The notes beneath the pieces are model-generated. The model saw nothing but the letters and a program-made list of their open reading frames with translations, was not told the DNA's origin and searched no databases. A DNA stretch of 39,268 nucleotides. Origin: a virus (taxonomy: Duplodnaviria > Caudoviricetes). The position numbers and the translations under genes were made by a program. Positions 19,873 through 28,410 of the stretch are shown here, one piece after another; position 1 is the first letter of the stretch; every line of letters starts with the position of its first letter. Location: IMG/VR virus record IMGVR_UViG_3300042890_001542, positions 1 to 39,268 of that record, one strand, 5' to 3'.

Positions 19873-20202
19873 ATGGCAACGCCAGCGTGGCAGCGCAAAG
19901 AAGGTCAGAACCCTTCAGGTGGACTCAACGAAGCAGGTCGAGCGTCGTACAAAGCACAGACAGGTGGCACGCTGAAAGCCCCGGTCAAAGGTCGCCCGTC
20001 TTCCCCCGATCAGATGCGCCGTAAAGGATCGTTCTTGTCCCGCATGGGTGGATCGCCAGGCCCGATGAAAGACGACAAAGGTCGCCCGACCCGCAAGGCG
20101 TTAGCACTCAAAGCATGGGGTGCTAGCAACGAAGCCGAAGCCAAATCTATGGGTCGTCGTTTACTGGAGCAGTACGCCAAGCAGAAAGCAAATAAGAAAT
20201 GA
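19873..20202 (+). CDS. Conserved phage protein (DUF6321-like)
   Basis: PAWQRKEGQNPSGGLN..GRASY...TLKAPVK...SF..RM.G...L..W is a recurring phage family signature. Confidence 0.7.
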   Translation: MATPAWQRKEGQNPSGGLNEAGRASYKAQTGGTLKAPVKGRPSSPDQMRRKGSFLSRMGGSPGPMKDDKGRPTRKALALKAWGASNEAEAKSMGRRLLEQYAKQKANKK

Positions 20203-20354
20203 AGAAGCCTTTTTGGGAATCAAAGAACCCGAACAAGTCGTCTAACAAACTTGGTGCTGAGGGTATTGCTCTTGCTAAAAGCATGGCATCTAAGGCTGGT
20301 CGACCGTACCCGAACCTTGTAGACAACGCCGCAGCTAGTCGGAAACTCAAGTAG
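20199..20354 (+). CDS. Small conserved phage protein (51 aa, MKKPFWESKNP...AGRPYPNLVDN)
   Basis: Not in the ORF track. ATGA overlap. AGRPYPNLVDN is a recognisable phage motif. Confidence 0.7.
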   Translation: MKKPFWESKNPNKSSNKLGAEGIALAKSMASKAGRPYPNLVDNAAASRKLK

Positions 20355-20358
20355 ACCC

Positions 20359-22284
20359 ATGCTCCCCCGTCCTGACGCACCTGCAACTCGATTGCCGTAC
20401 ACCACGGCAGATATGAGCGAGCGTCTAGCCAAGCGCAAAGCACAAGAACAATTCAAAACTAACGCATTGAAGACCCTGTCTAACTACAAACCCAAAGAAG
20501 ACAAGCCGTGGTACGAAGATGTCGCAGGAGCCATCGGTGGCGCAATCAAATCTGTATATGACAATATGCCCATGTCCAACCCAGTCTCAACACCAATCAA
20601 TATGGGTGGCAATGCTGGGGTGTCAATGGGTGGTCAAGGCACGGCCAAGTCCCTGGTATTAGAACCAGCGCGTCTTGCCGTTCGTCGAGCAGTCGGTGAC
20701 ATTACAGCGATCCCCCGTGTAGGTGCAGACTCGCCGTCGTACACCGCAGATCAGATACGCGAACAAGGCGTAGTGCCAGGCGTACTAGGTGCAGCAATTG
20801 ACTACTCGCAATTCATTCCCGTTGTAGCCAAGGGTGCTGGCTTTACTGGCGATGCCGTGAACGCATACAAACTTGCAATGATGGAACGTCAAGCCAACCC
20901 GTTCCCTGCTTTGCGTGGCGCAACAAATGTCATTGATGTCGTGCCAGGCTCACGCCTACCAGCTCGTGTAGTTGATGCACCTGCACCACCTGCCACTCGA
21001 CTAGGCAATGCGCTAGCGCAAATGACACTAGACGCACGAGCAGCACAAGGTGGCGTAAGGGACGCAGGCGTTTTACGAATGCCCGGTGGCGAACCAACCC
21101 CACTAGCAGCACAACTTCAACGTGAAACCGCACGAGCTGAATTAGGGTTAAACATTCAAGACATTGAATTCCCACCTAAAAGTAATCCACTTACAAGACC
21201 CCAAATAATTGACGACTCAGGTTACGGCGTATTCCCAAATGGTGCTTGGAAAGTTCTTGGCTTAGAGCAATACAACGCTGGTATCAATAGTGCGAACTTG
21301 CCAAATGAAATGAACGCTTTAAGGGAATACTTTGGTCACGATTACGATGGATTTCAAGAAACTTTAAGAAACCCAAACCCCGTACCAAACAATGTATTTA
21401 CAGAAAAAATTAAACTCATAGACAAAATATTTGAAATCACACCGCCAACAACAGAAAAATTCAAAGTTTTTAGAGGAGTTAAAACTGGCGGCAACTATTT
21501 AAGCGGTGATTACCTTGGCGCATTTTATCGCTCGCTGCAACCTGGTCAGTTAATTATTGAGCCAGGATATTTATCTACAAGCATCAACAAAGATATTGCT
21601 CAAGAATGGGCAAATGATTTTGCTGACGATTATTTGTTAATAATAAATGTTCCTGAAGGTTCGGTGGCGGTCAATCCAATTACATCATGGGAACAAGGAT
21701 TAAAAGAATTTGACGAACACTTAAACGCGCCCACTGAAGAAGAATTGTTATTCAATCGAGGAACAGTCTTAAGAATTATTGACAACGACATGGGTGTAAT
21801 TCATGCAGAAATTGTCCCAAACTACAGAGGTAAAAAACAACCAGCATCGCTTAGTCAACCTAAAGAAACATTATTAAAACAGTATTCTTACAAAGATTTA
21901 GCGGAAATGATCGCAGATGAAGAAACTCAACGGGATTTTTACGTTGCATATTTTAATCAACAACCTGATATTGAAACTTTAATTTCTAAACCAAACGGCG
22001 CAGGAATGCGCGCATACGATTTAGCAGACACAATTGTTGAATTACGGTACAACGTGGGATTTGACCCAAGTGATTATTGGAAATTCCGTGAAATTGTAGA
22101 TCAAATTACACAAACACCAGCAAGCAAACGAGCTTCTGAAAGTTTAAGAATTTCTACATCTCAACAACTTATTTCTTTGTTCAAAAAACATCAATTGTTA
22201 GAATCGGACACTATTGAATTTTTACAAGACAATCTTGAAGAAATCTTAAAACCACCCCCGTATAACAGGTTATTAGATCAGTAA
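20359..22284 (+). CDS. ADP-ribosyltransferase (R-S-E clade, VIP2/Alt-like domain) fused to a long N-terminal region
   Basis: KVFRGV (R codon 21472), GYLSTS (21574-21582), EEELLFNRGT (21736-21744), with intervening LLIINVPEGS. Confidence 0.85.
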   Translation: MLPRPDAPATRLPYTTADMSERLAKRKAQEQFKTNALKTLSNYKPKEDKPWYEDVAGAIGGAIKSVYDNMPMSNPVSTPINMGGNAGVSMGGQGTAKSLVLEPARLAVRRAVGDITAIPRVGADSPSYTADQIREQGVVPGVLGAAIDYSQFIPVVAKGAGFTGDAVNAYKLAMMERQANPFPALRGATNVIDVVPGSRLPARVVDAPAPPATRLGNALAQMTLDARAAQGGVRDAGVLRMPGGEPTPLAAQLQRETARAELGLNIQDIEFPPKSNPLTRPQIIDDSGYGVFPNGAWKVLGLEQYNAGINSANLPNEMNALREYFGHDYDGFQETLRNPNPVPNNVFTEKIKLIDKIFEITPPTTEKFKVFRGVKTGGNYLSGDYLGAFYRSLQPGQLIIEPGYLSTSINKDIAQEWANDFADDYLLIINVPEGSVAVNPITSWEQGLKEFDEHLNAPTEEELLFNRGTVLRIIDNDMGVIHAEIVPNYRGKKQPASLSQPKETLLKQYSYKDLAEMIADEETQRDFYVAYFNQQPDIETLISKPNGAGMRAYDLADTIVELRYNVGFDPSDYWKFREIVDQITQTPASKRASESLRISTSQQLISLFKKHQLLESDTIEFLQDNLEEILKPPPYNRLLDQ

Positions 22285-22317
22285 CTCCTGCTCACGGTGT
22301 CATTTTGTCCCGGTGAC

Positions 22318-22345
22318 TTGACCGAAGGTGTCTGTTGGGTAAACT
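22318..22345 (+). promoter_or_regulatory. Putative sigma-A promoter TTGACC-N16-TAAACT
   Basis: Intergenic, upstream of 22412. Followed by the palindrome GTGTTG-C-CAACAC (22348-22360). Confidence 0.5.
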
Positions 22346-22411
22346 TGGTGTTGCCAACACAAACGTGATGTTGAAGGCTACGAGCCTCTATCACCCTTAA
22401 CAAAGGAAATT

Positions 22412-22963
22412 ATGCGGCAAATCACCAAAGCAATAGCCATTATTTGCGTTATGTCCTCGTGCGGATCAACAGCAAAAGAAACAACCGAAACGCTTCCGAA
22501 GCTCCAGCTCGCACCAGTCATATCTCGACCAGTCATTTTGAATGCACACGAAGCATTGCAAGAAGACCTAGCAACCACAACCACCACAACAACCACAGAA
22601 GTACCGTTGGTGTCAGATCCCCTTGATTTCATTGACGAATCGCGTGCAATGTACGGCAAGTGTGGTGAGTGGTACGACACGCTGATCGCTGTCGGTGGAC
22701 GCGCAGAAGACTGGCCTATATGGTCACGCGTGCTATGGATCGAGAGTCGTTGCCTTCCAGCACCAGGCAAAACCCGTGAAGCATCCGCAGCGGCCGACTG
22801 CATAGGGCTAACTCAAATCTTTTTTCGGGTGCATGAAGCCTGGTTGTCGGAGTTCGGTTTCGGTAGAGAAGACCTGCTAGACCCCGTAAAAAACCTGACG
22901 TTCGCTGTCGCGTTACAGAAGTCTTCGGGCTGGTCGCCGTGGGCTTACTTAAATATGCCTTGA
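22412..22963 (+). CDS. Lipoprotein with lytic transglycosylase (SLT-like) domain
   Basis: Signal peptide ending VMSSC, poly-Thr linker, IESRC (catalytic ES), GLTQI, LLDPVKNL, GWSPW. Confidence 0.75.
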   Translation: MRQITKAIAIICVMSSCGSTAKETTETLPKLQLAPVISRPVILNAHEALQEDLATTTTTTTTEVPLVSDPLDFIDESRAMYGKCGEWYDTLIAVGGRAEDWPIWSRVLWIESRCLPAPGKTREASAAADCIGLTQIFFRVHEAWLSEFGFGREDLLDPVKNLTFAVALQKSSGWSPWAYLNMP

Positions 22964-22988
22964 CTTTCATACACCCATACTTCATAAT
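22960..22988 (+). promoter_or_regulatory. Sigma-A promoter TTGACT-N17-CATAAT
   Basis: Near-consensus -35/-10 with optimal spacing ahead of the recombination/WhiB/methylase operon. Confidence 0.75.
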
Positions 22989-23045
22989 CATTACTGTGCA
23001 ACACCCCACCACTACGGTGAGGGTAAACCTAACAAAGGGGAAACC

Positions 23046-23561
23046 ATGACAGAGATAGTTCCAGTTCCGTTATCCAACTCGCTTGAGCGACAAGGTGAAG
23101 ACGGACTCCGCAATGCAATCATGCGCTCAGATAGCAGTCGAGCAGAACTTGCCAAAGCCGGGGAATATCCTCAGCTGCTTAAGGGTCTGCTGTATCTCAA
23201 AGATATTAAGGCTGACTTAGACACGCTGATCCGTGCCACCGAAGATGACATCACCCGTCTCATGCCTGAGAAGAAGATGTTCGTTGAAGAAGTTGGTACG
23301 GTCGAGCGTCGCACCACTTCCACCCGCAAATGGGAATCGGAAGACCTGCTGAAGCACATCACCCGATCAACGCTTGACCCTGAAGGAACAGGCGAAGTGT
23401 CAATCAACAATGTTGTCATGCTCATTGACACACTCAAAGCAGTTCTCCCATTCACAGCGTCGCTGGGCTGGCGAGTGACCGCACTTAAAGAACTGGGCAT
23501 TGATGTCTCAGAATATTCAGAAGCAACCTATGGTCGCCAGACCGTACAGATCACAAAGTAG
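23046..23561 (+). CDS. Hypothetical protein (171 aa)
   Basis: AAAGGGG RBS. First gene after the promoter. Confidence 0.75.
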   Translation: MTEIVPVPLSNSLERQGEDGLRNAIMRSDSSRAELAKAGEYPQLLKGLLYLKDIKADLDTLIRATEDDITRLMPEKKMFVEEVGTVERRTTSTRKWESEDLLKHITRSTLDPEGTGEVSINNVVMLIDTLKAVLPFTASLGWRVTALKELGIDVSEYSEATYGRQTVQITK

Positions 23562-23566
23562 GAATC

Positions 23567-24493
23567 ATGTCCAATATTGAAGTAGCACGTCAACTCACCC
23601 CGGCTGAAGTGAACTGGAAGACCGCACAAAAGATTGCGAACACACCGTTCGTACCTAGTGCGTTCCGTGGCAAGCCCGAAGCAGTATTCGCTGCGATCTT
23701 GTACGGCGACGAACTAGGTCTAGGGCCGATGCAATCGCTCAACTCAATTCATGTCATTGAAGGTAAGCCAAGCATGGCTCCCGAACTGATGCGAGCCTTG
23801 GTCGCCCGTGCTGGTCACCGCCTTGATGTCAAGCTCGCTAGCAACGACAAGGTTGTCCTATGGGGCAAGCGCGCAGACAACGACTCAGAAGCGACAGTCG
23901 AATGGTCAATGAAAGATGCACAGCAGGCTGGTTTGGCTGGCCGTGGCGCATGGAAGACCTACCCTCGTGCGATGCTGTTGGCTCGTGCCACATCAGAACT
24001 GTGTCGCATGATCTTTGCAGATGTTGTCGCAGGCTTGTCATACACGCCCGAAGAAGCATCAAGCATCGCTGGTGTTGAATGGAACGACACACCCGTTGAT
24101 CCGTTGCAGACCGCCATTGCACCCGTGCTGACCGCAGCACCACCAACGACAGCACCGAACGCCGAACCACAGCAGGTCGTTGTTGAAGCCGACTGGGTTG
24201 AAGACCCGCCGTACGAACCGACCATTGACTGGACAGAAGAATTCCCCGGTGCGGAGATCCAAGATGCCGTCGTTGTACAGCCAGCATCAACCATGACCAA
24301 TGTCGCGACACCAAAGCAGATCGGAATGGTTCGTGCGCTCATTCGTGAATGGGGATTGAACGCTGAAGAAGCATTGTCCCTTGCCTCGATGCAACTCGGT
24401 CATGAGATTACCACCTTGGGAACATTGACCAAAGGCGATGCGTCGGCATTCATTACCTACCTCAAGGACAATCATCCAGGGGGTGTGGTGTGA
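23567..24493 (+). CDS. RecT-like single-strand annealing recombinase
   Basis: FVPSAFRGKPE..AILYGDELGLGPMQSLNSIHVIEGKP...AWKTYPRAML.ARA; C-terminal ATPKQI...LTKGDASAFI helical domain. Confidence 0.75.
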   Translation: MSNIEVARQLTPAEVNWKTAQKIANTPFVPSAFRGKPEAVFAAILYGDELGLGPMQSLNSIHVIEGKPSMAPELMRALVARAGHRLDVKLASNDKVVLWGKRADNDSEATVEWSMKDAQQAGLAGRGAWKTYPRAMLLARATSELCRMIFADVVAGLSYTPEEASSIAGVEWNDTPVDPLQTAIAPVLTAAPPTTAPNAEPQQVVVEADWVEDPPYEPTIDWTEEFPGAEIQDAVVVQPASTMTNVATPKQIGMVRALIREWGLNAEEALSLASMQLGHEITTLGTLTKGDASAFITYLKDNHPGGVV

Positions 24494-24690
24494 GCGAAGA
24501 CATTTTGAGTCGCCTTAAAAGACTTGAACAAACAGGCGAAACGGGGACAGCCAAAGATATAACCGATGCAATCAAAGAAATTTCAGGTATGCGTCTTTTT
24601 TGCCGTGGTCTAGATGCTAGGAGAAAAGAGATGTCAGAAGTTTTGGGCATTGCTACTCGACTCATGGAATATCAGGAGTATCCAAAATGA
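24490..24690 (+). CDS. Hypothetical protein (66 aa)
   Basis: GTGA overlap with the previous stop. Confidence 0.6.
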   Translation: MSEDILSRLKRLEQTGETGTAKDITDAIKEISGMRLFCRGLDARRKEMSEVLGIATRLMEYQEYPK

Positions 24691-24926
24691 ACCCGATCAA
24701 ACTAATCATCATGCGCCGTCACGCACGGCAAGGCCACCTCAACTTGATGTCACGTCACTTGATCCAATGTGCCGATCTTATAGATGAACTACGCCGAGAG
24801 AACCGTGCGCTGCGAATCCGTGGCGAGCGTCTAGCGCAAGCCATTGAGAACAACGACTGGACAGTTGACTACGCAATTGTATTAAGCGACAGCGTGTCAG
24901 CGTGGCGGGAGTTCGACGAGTCATGA
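24687..24926 (+). CDS. Hypothetical protein (79 aa)
   Basis: ATGA overlap, AGGAG RBS. Confidence 0.6.
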   Translation: MNPIKLIIMRRHARQGHLNLMSRHLIQCADLIDELRRENRALRIRGERLAQAIENNDWTVDYAIVLSDSVSAWREFDES

Positions 24927-25603
24927 CAGGCGAAGCAGTCACATTCAACTTCATCCCCGTTCAAGACTGGGTTGAAAAAGCTCGTTGCCGTGGCATGGAT
25001 CCGAACATCTTCATGCCTGAGCCTGGCGACTCAACCGCTGAGATCAAAGAAATTTGTAACGGGAACCAACGTCGTAAATTCAACCGTGACAAGCAACGGT
25101 ATGAAACAGTAGGCGAACCGCCCTGCCCAGTCCGTGGACAATGCTTGCAGTATGCGATGGAGCTTCCCGGCAAAGTCGTCGGCATCTTTGGTGGCACATC
25201 GGAGAAAGAGCGTCGTGCGCTGCGCTCAGAGTTTCGTATGGACGGTGCAGTCAAGCGCATCCAGCACGGCACGATTGGTGGCTACAAAGCTGAATGGCGA
25301 TTTGGACTTGAGCATTGCGATGCTTGCCTTGAAGCAAACGCCGAAGCAACTCGACGCAACAAGACCCAAGCAAAGTCCAAAGTAAAACATGGAACATATG
25401 CTGGATATCGCTCTGAGAAGCGACTAGGGTTACCGATATGCGAAGCCTGCCAGCAAGCGTACGAGGTAGAGAAAGCCGACTACCTGTCCAAGACGACAGC
25501 CCTAGAGACGGACTCACCGTTACGCCAGGTGCTGAACCTACTGCACTCAGTCACGACCGCCGACTGGCCGATAGCAAAGGACATAGCAAGTGAACAAGCC
25601 TAA
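24923..25603 (+). CDS. whiB: WhiB-family Fe-S transcription factor with two C-terminal HGT..Y..C..C repeats
   Basis: W.EKARCRGMDPNIF...KEIC...CPVRGQCLQYA...GIFGGTSEKER. Confidence 0.85.
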   Translation: MTGEAVTFNFIPVQDWVEKARCRGMDPNIFMPEPGDSTAEIKEICNGNQRRKFNRDKQRYETVGEPPCPVRGQCLQYAMELPGKVVGIFGGTSEKERRALRSEFRMDGAVKRIQHGTIGGYKAEWRFGLEHCDACLEANAEATRRNKTQAKSKVKHGTYAGYRSEKRLGLPICEACQQAYEVEKADYLSKTTALETDSPLRQVLNLLHSVTTADWPIAKDIASEQA

Positions 25604-25751
25604 GTGCGATGACTGCGGAAGCGACGAGAACTTTATTCACGACGTTGATTTAACTGCAAACGGTATCGGCATGAAAAAATTATGCAACTACTGCTGGCGT
25701 GAATACACCGCATCAATACCAAGTCGTAGTTACAAAAGCGAATGGGATTGA
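25590..25751 (+). CDS. Small zinc-finger-like protein (53 aa, CDDC...CNYC)
   Basis: Not in the ORF track. GTG start with AAGGA RBS. Fills the gap before 25753. Confidence 0.6.
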   Translation: MNKPKCDDCGSDENFIHDVDLTANGIGMKKLCNYCWREYTASIPSRSYKSEWD

Positions 25752-25752
25752 C

Positions 25753-25929
25753 ATGGGGTCTTCATACTTTGAACCACCCGTCGAAGGCGACTGCGACACT
25801 TGCGGAGAATTCATTGAAGGCTGGGCAATCCCGCACAGTTTTAACAAGCAGACCGGGTATCTACGGTGCGCCCGCTGCCAAGATCTAGAAAACAAATACA
25901 CACAAACAAAGGGGAAATACAATGATTAG
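25753..25929 (+). CDS. Small zinc-finger-like protein (CDTC...CARC)
   Basis: ATG 1 nt after the preceding stop. Confidence 0.55.
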   Translation: MGSSYFEPPVEGDCDTCGEFIEGWAIPHSFNKQTGYLRCARCQDLENKYTQTKGKYND

Positions 25930-26143
25930 AACATGGATACCAATCAACATTCCGACCAGGATCGTGCTTGAGTGGACAAGCCCTGACGGCGAATCTACAT
26001 ACACGCGCCGATCAGTCATTGCATTCTGCATTGACGATGCTGGCGTACTGACCTACATGACTTGTAGTGGCCTTGACTACACAACAAAGCCACGCCAGTT
26101 CGCATTCACCGAACAACTACAGAACGGTGTGTGGCAGTCATGA
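25922..26143 (+). CDS. Hypothetical protein (73 aa)
   Basis: AAAGGGG RBS. Confidence 0.6.
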   Translation: MIRTWIPINIPTRIVLEWTSPDGESTYTRRSVIAFCIDDAGVLTYMTCSGLDYTTKPRQFAFTEQLQNGVWQS

Positions 26144-26481
26144 TTATCAACTTCACACCAGCAGTCCGTGCAGACGATCCTGTGACGTGCATTGAACCCA
26201 AGTCCCGTGCCAACGGTGCGGCCCGCCTACTAGACATCTACGCACTACACGATGTCACCGACGAAGAGGCAGTACGACTGCTCCTGGGCCGACCCGCAAC
26301 ACTTGCCGATGAAGGCATCCGTCGTCGAGCATCCGACCTACGAGCTTTGGGCTGGATCGCACCGACTGGGGAGACTCGTGCCAATGACCGTGGTCGCCAG
26401 CGCATTATTTGTGCAATCACCGACCTAGGGCGAGATGCCCACATGAAACTATTCGTAAACGATGAAGGAGACAACAAATGA
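26140..26481 (+). CDS. Putative winged-helix DNA-binding protein
   Basis: R.DDP.T N-terminus, TDEE, and GIRRRASDLRALGWI..TG.TR...GR, a pattern seen in actinophage HTH proteins. Confidence 0.55.
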   Translation: MIINFTPAVRADDPVTCIEPKSRANGAARLLDIYALHDVTDEEAVRLLLGRPATLADEGIRRRASDLRALGWIAPTGETRANDRGRQRIICAITDLGRDAHMKLFVNDEGDNK

Positions 26482-26708
26482 ACCGTGAACCACTACCCGA
26501 CTCACGCCGACCCGACTTCGGTATGGGCGACCCCGTAGTACGCGAATCACAACACGACATGGTTGAATACTTGACTGAGGTAACCCGCGACATGAAACGA
26601 ATGATGGACGAACACACCATCCAGCTCAAGCAGTTGGTCGCCGTGCTGACATCTATGCGTGATATGCAGGTACAAGAACAACGGATGCGCCAAAGGTACG
26701 GCAAATGA
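26478..26708 (+). CDS. Hypothetical coiled-coil protein (76 aa)
   Basis: AAGGAG RBS, ATGA overlap. Confidence 0.65.
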   Translation: MNREPLPDSRRPDFGMGDPVVRESQHDMVEYLTEVTRDMKRMMDEHTIQLKQLVAVLTSMRDMQVQEQRMRQRYGK

Positions 26709-28243
26709 CACTTACCTACGGAAGCCTCTTTGCAGGCGTTGGTGGCTTTGACATGGGCATGGAGGCGGCCAATTACAAGCCTGTCTTCCAGGTCGAATGG
26801 GATAAGAACTGCCAAAAGATCCTGCACCACCATTGGCCGACCGTACCCAAATGGGGCGATGTATGCGATGTCAACGGTGCAGACCTACCACCATGCGATG
26901 TGTTGATCTTTGGGTCACCATGCCAAGACCTATCAGTAGCAGGAAAACGAGCTGGACTCCAAGACGGAGACAGATCATCAATGTTCTTTGAAGCCGTACG
27001 AATCATCAAGGAGATGAGAGATGCAACTAACTCTATTTACCCAAGAGCCACCATATGGGAAAACGTCCCAGGAGCCTTGTCAAGCAACAAAGGAGCCGAC
27101 TTCGGTGTCGTCCTCTCAAGTTTGGCTGACATCGGGGCGATTACACAAGAATACGCCGTGCTGGACGCGCAATACTTCGGAGTGCCTCAGCGCAGACGTC
27201 GAATTTTTCTCGTATCTGTCTTCTGTCCTACAGCCAGCGAAAGATGTCCCGACCCGCTACTACCTCTCATCCAAGGCAGCCGAGGGGATTTTGCGAAGGG
27301 CAGAAAGGCGCGGAAAGATTCTGCCCGACTTGTTGAGGCAGGCATTGATCCAGGTAATGGAGAAACAAATTACCCATATGTGAAGTCGCGCCGGGCGCAA
27401 ACCAATACCGACGATGAAACATGGGTAGAAGGTGATGTAACACCGACCCTCAATGCCTTTGACAACGGTGGCGAAACCAGAGCTACCGTCCTGATGCCTG
27501 TCAATATGCCCTTATCAGAACTAGGGCCTACATTGACAACTACCTACGGCGCAAAGAATTATTCCAATCACCAAGAAGTCATGTCGGGTTCAATCATGCC
27601 TGTCGCATATTCGATTCGTGAAGATGCTAAAGCCAACAACTTCAGCGTAACCGAAACCGATACAGCCCTATGTCTCAATGGTTTAGTGCCATCAACGCAG
27701 TCGCACCACGCGCAAATCTTTATTGCCGAACCGATCATCTTTGAGAATTCATACCGTGACGGGCCGCGAGTAGGCGACGACATCTGCCATACATTGCCCG
27801 CCAAAATGGGCTTAGGTGGTGGCAACACTCCAATGCTGGCAGAAGTTACCTACTCATTTGATACCCAGTTTGGTAGCAATGCGGCAGTCTTTGAAGACAC
27901 ATCGCCAACACTCAAATCATCCCAACAACCGCCTTCGGTATCAATCGCGTTTTCTCATTATTCAAGCAACGCCTCGCCAAGTATAGAAGTTTCTCCAACT
28001 TTGAGGTCAGGAACAAACGGGACTGGTCATGCAGTATTAACTTCGCCGGGGCTAGCAGTACGTCGACTTACCCCGTTGGAATGCGAAAGATTACAAGGAT
28101 GGCCTGACGACCACACCCGCTGGACGGCAGACGGTAAAGAACAAGCCGACACCAACCGCTACAAGCAATGCGGTAATGGTGTAGCGTCACCCGTAGCAAA
28201 ATGGGTCGGTGAACAATTGCGACCAGTATTGGAGACGGAATGA
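26705..28243 (+). CDS. dcm: DNA (cytosine-5)-methyltransferase
   Basis: Motif I LFAGVGG, IV GSPCQD, VI WENV, VIII GVPQRRRRIF, IX RRLTPLECERLQG, X YKQCGNGV. Confidence 0.95.
   Translation: MTLTYGSLFAGVGGFDMGMEAANYKPVFQVEWDKNCQKILHHHWPTVPKWGDVCDVNGADLPPCDVLIFGSPCQDLSVAGKRAGLQDGDRSSMFFEAVRIIKEMRDATNSIYPRATIWENVPGALSSNKGADFGVVLSSLADIGAITQEYAVLDAQYFGVPQRRRRIFLVSVFCPTASERCPDPLLPLIQGSRGDFAKGRKARKDSARLVEAGIDPGNGETNYPYVKSRRAQTNTDDETWVEGDVTPTLNAFDNGGETRATVLMPVNMPLSELGPTLTTTYGAKNYSNHQEVMSGSIMPVAYSIREDAKANNFSVTETDTALCLNGLVPSTQSHHAQIFIAEPIIFENSYRDGPRVGDDICHTLPAKMGLGGGNTPMLAEVTYSFDTQFGSNAAVFEDTSPTLKSSQQPPSVSIAFSHYSSNASPSIEVSPTLRSGTNGTGHAVLTSPGLAVRRLTPLECERLQGWPDDHTRWTADGKEQADTNRYKQCGNGVASPVAKWVGEQLRPVLETE
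27021..27383 (+). CDS. Nested +1-frame ORF resembling M.EcoHK31I polypeptide beta
   Basis: AAGGAG (27008-27013) lies 7 nt before the ATG. Sequence LSSVLQ...VPTRYYLSSKAAEGILRRAERRGK.LP..L..AL. Confidence 0.7.
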   Translation: MQLTLFTQEPPYGKTSQEPCQATKEPTSVSSSQVWLTSGRLHKNTPCWTRNTSECLSADVEFFSYLSSVLQPAKDVPTRYYLSSKAAEGILRRAERRGKILPDLLRQALIQVMEKQITHM

Positions 28244-28410
28244 ACGAGCAAGAATGGTTGCAGTACGGCATTGACCACGATTTTGTGTGGGGATTCTGCA
28301 TCCAGCACGAAGACGGCATGAACAGACAAGAAGCCGAAGACCGGGGAAATGCCGACGACTATTGCATCAACGCATTTCGACTCAAAAGCGAGTACATCAA
28401 AGGATTATGA
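28240..28410 (+). CDS. Hypothetical protein (56 aa, MNEQEWLQYGID...)
   Basis: Not in the ORF track. ATGA overlap with the dcm stop, GGAG RBS. Confidence 0.65.
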   Translation: MNEQEWLQYGIDHDFVWGFCIQHEDGMNRQEAEDRGNADDYCINAFRLKSEYIKGL

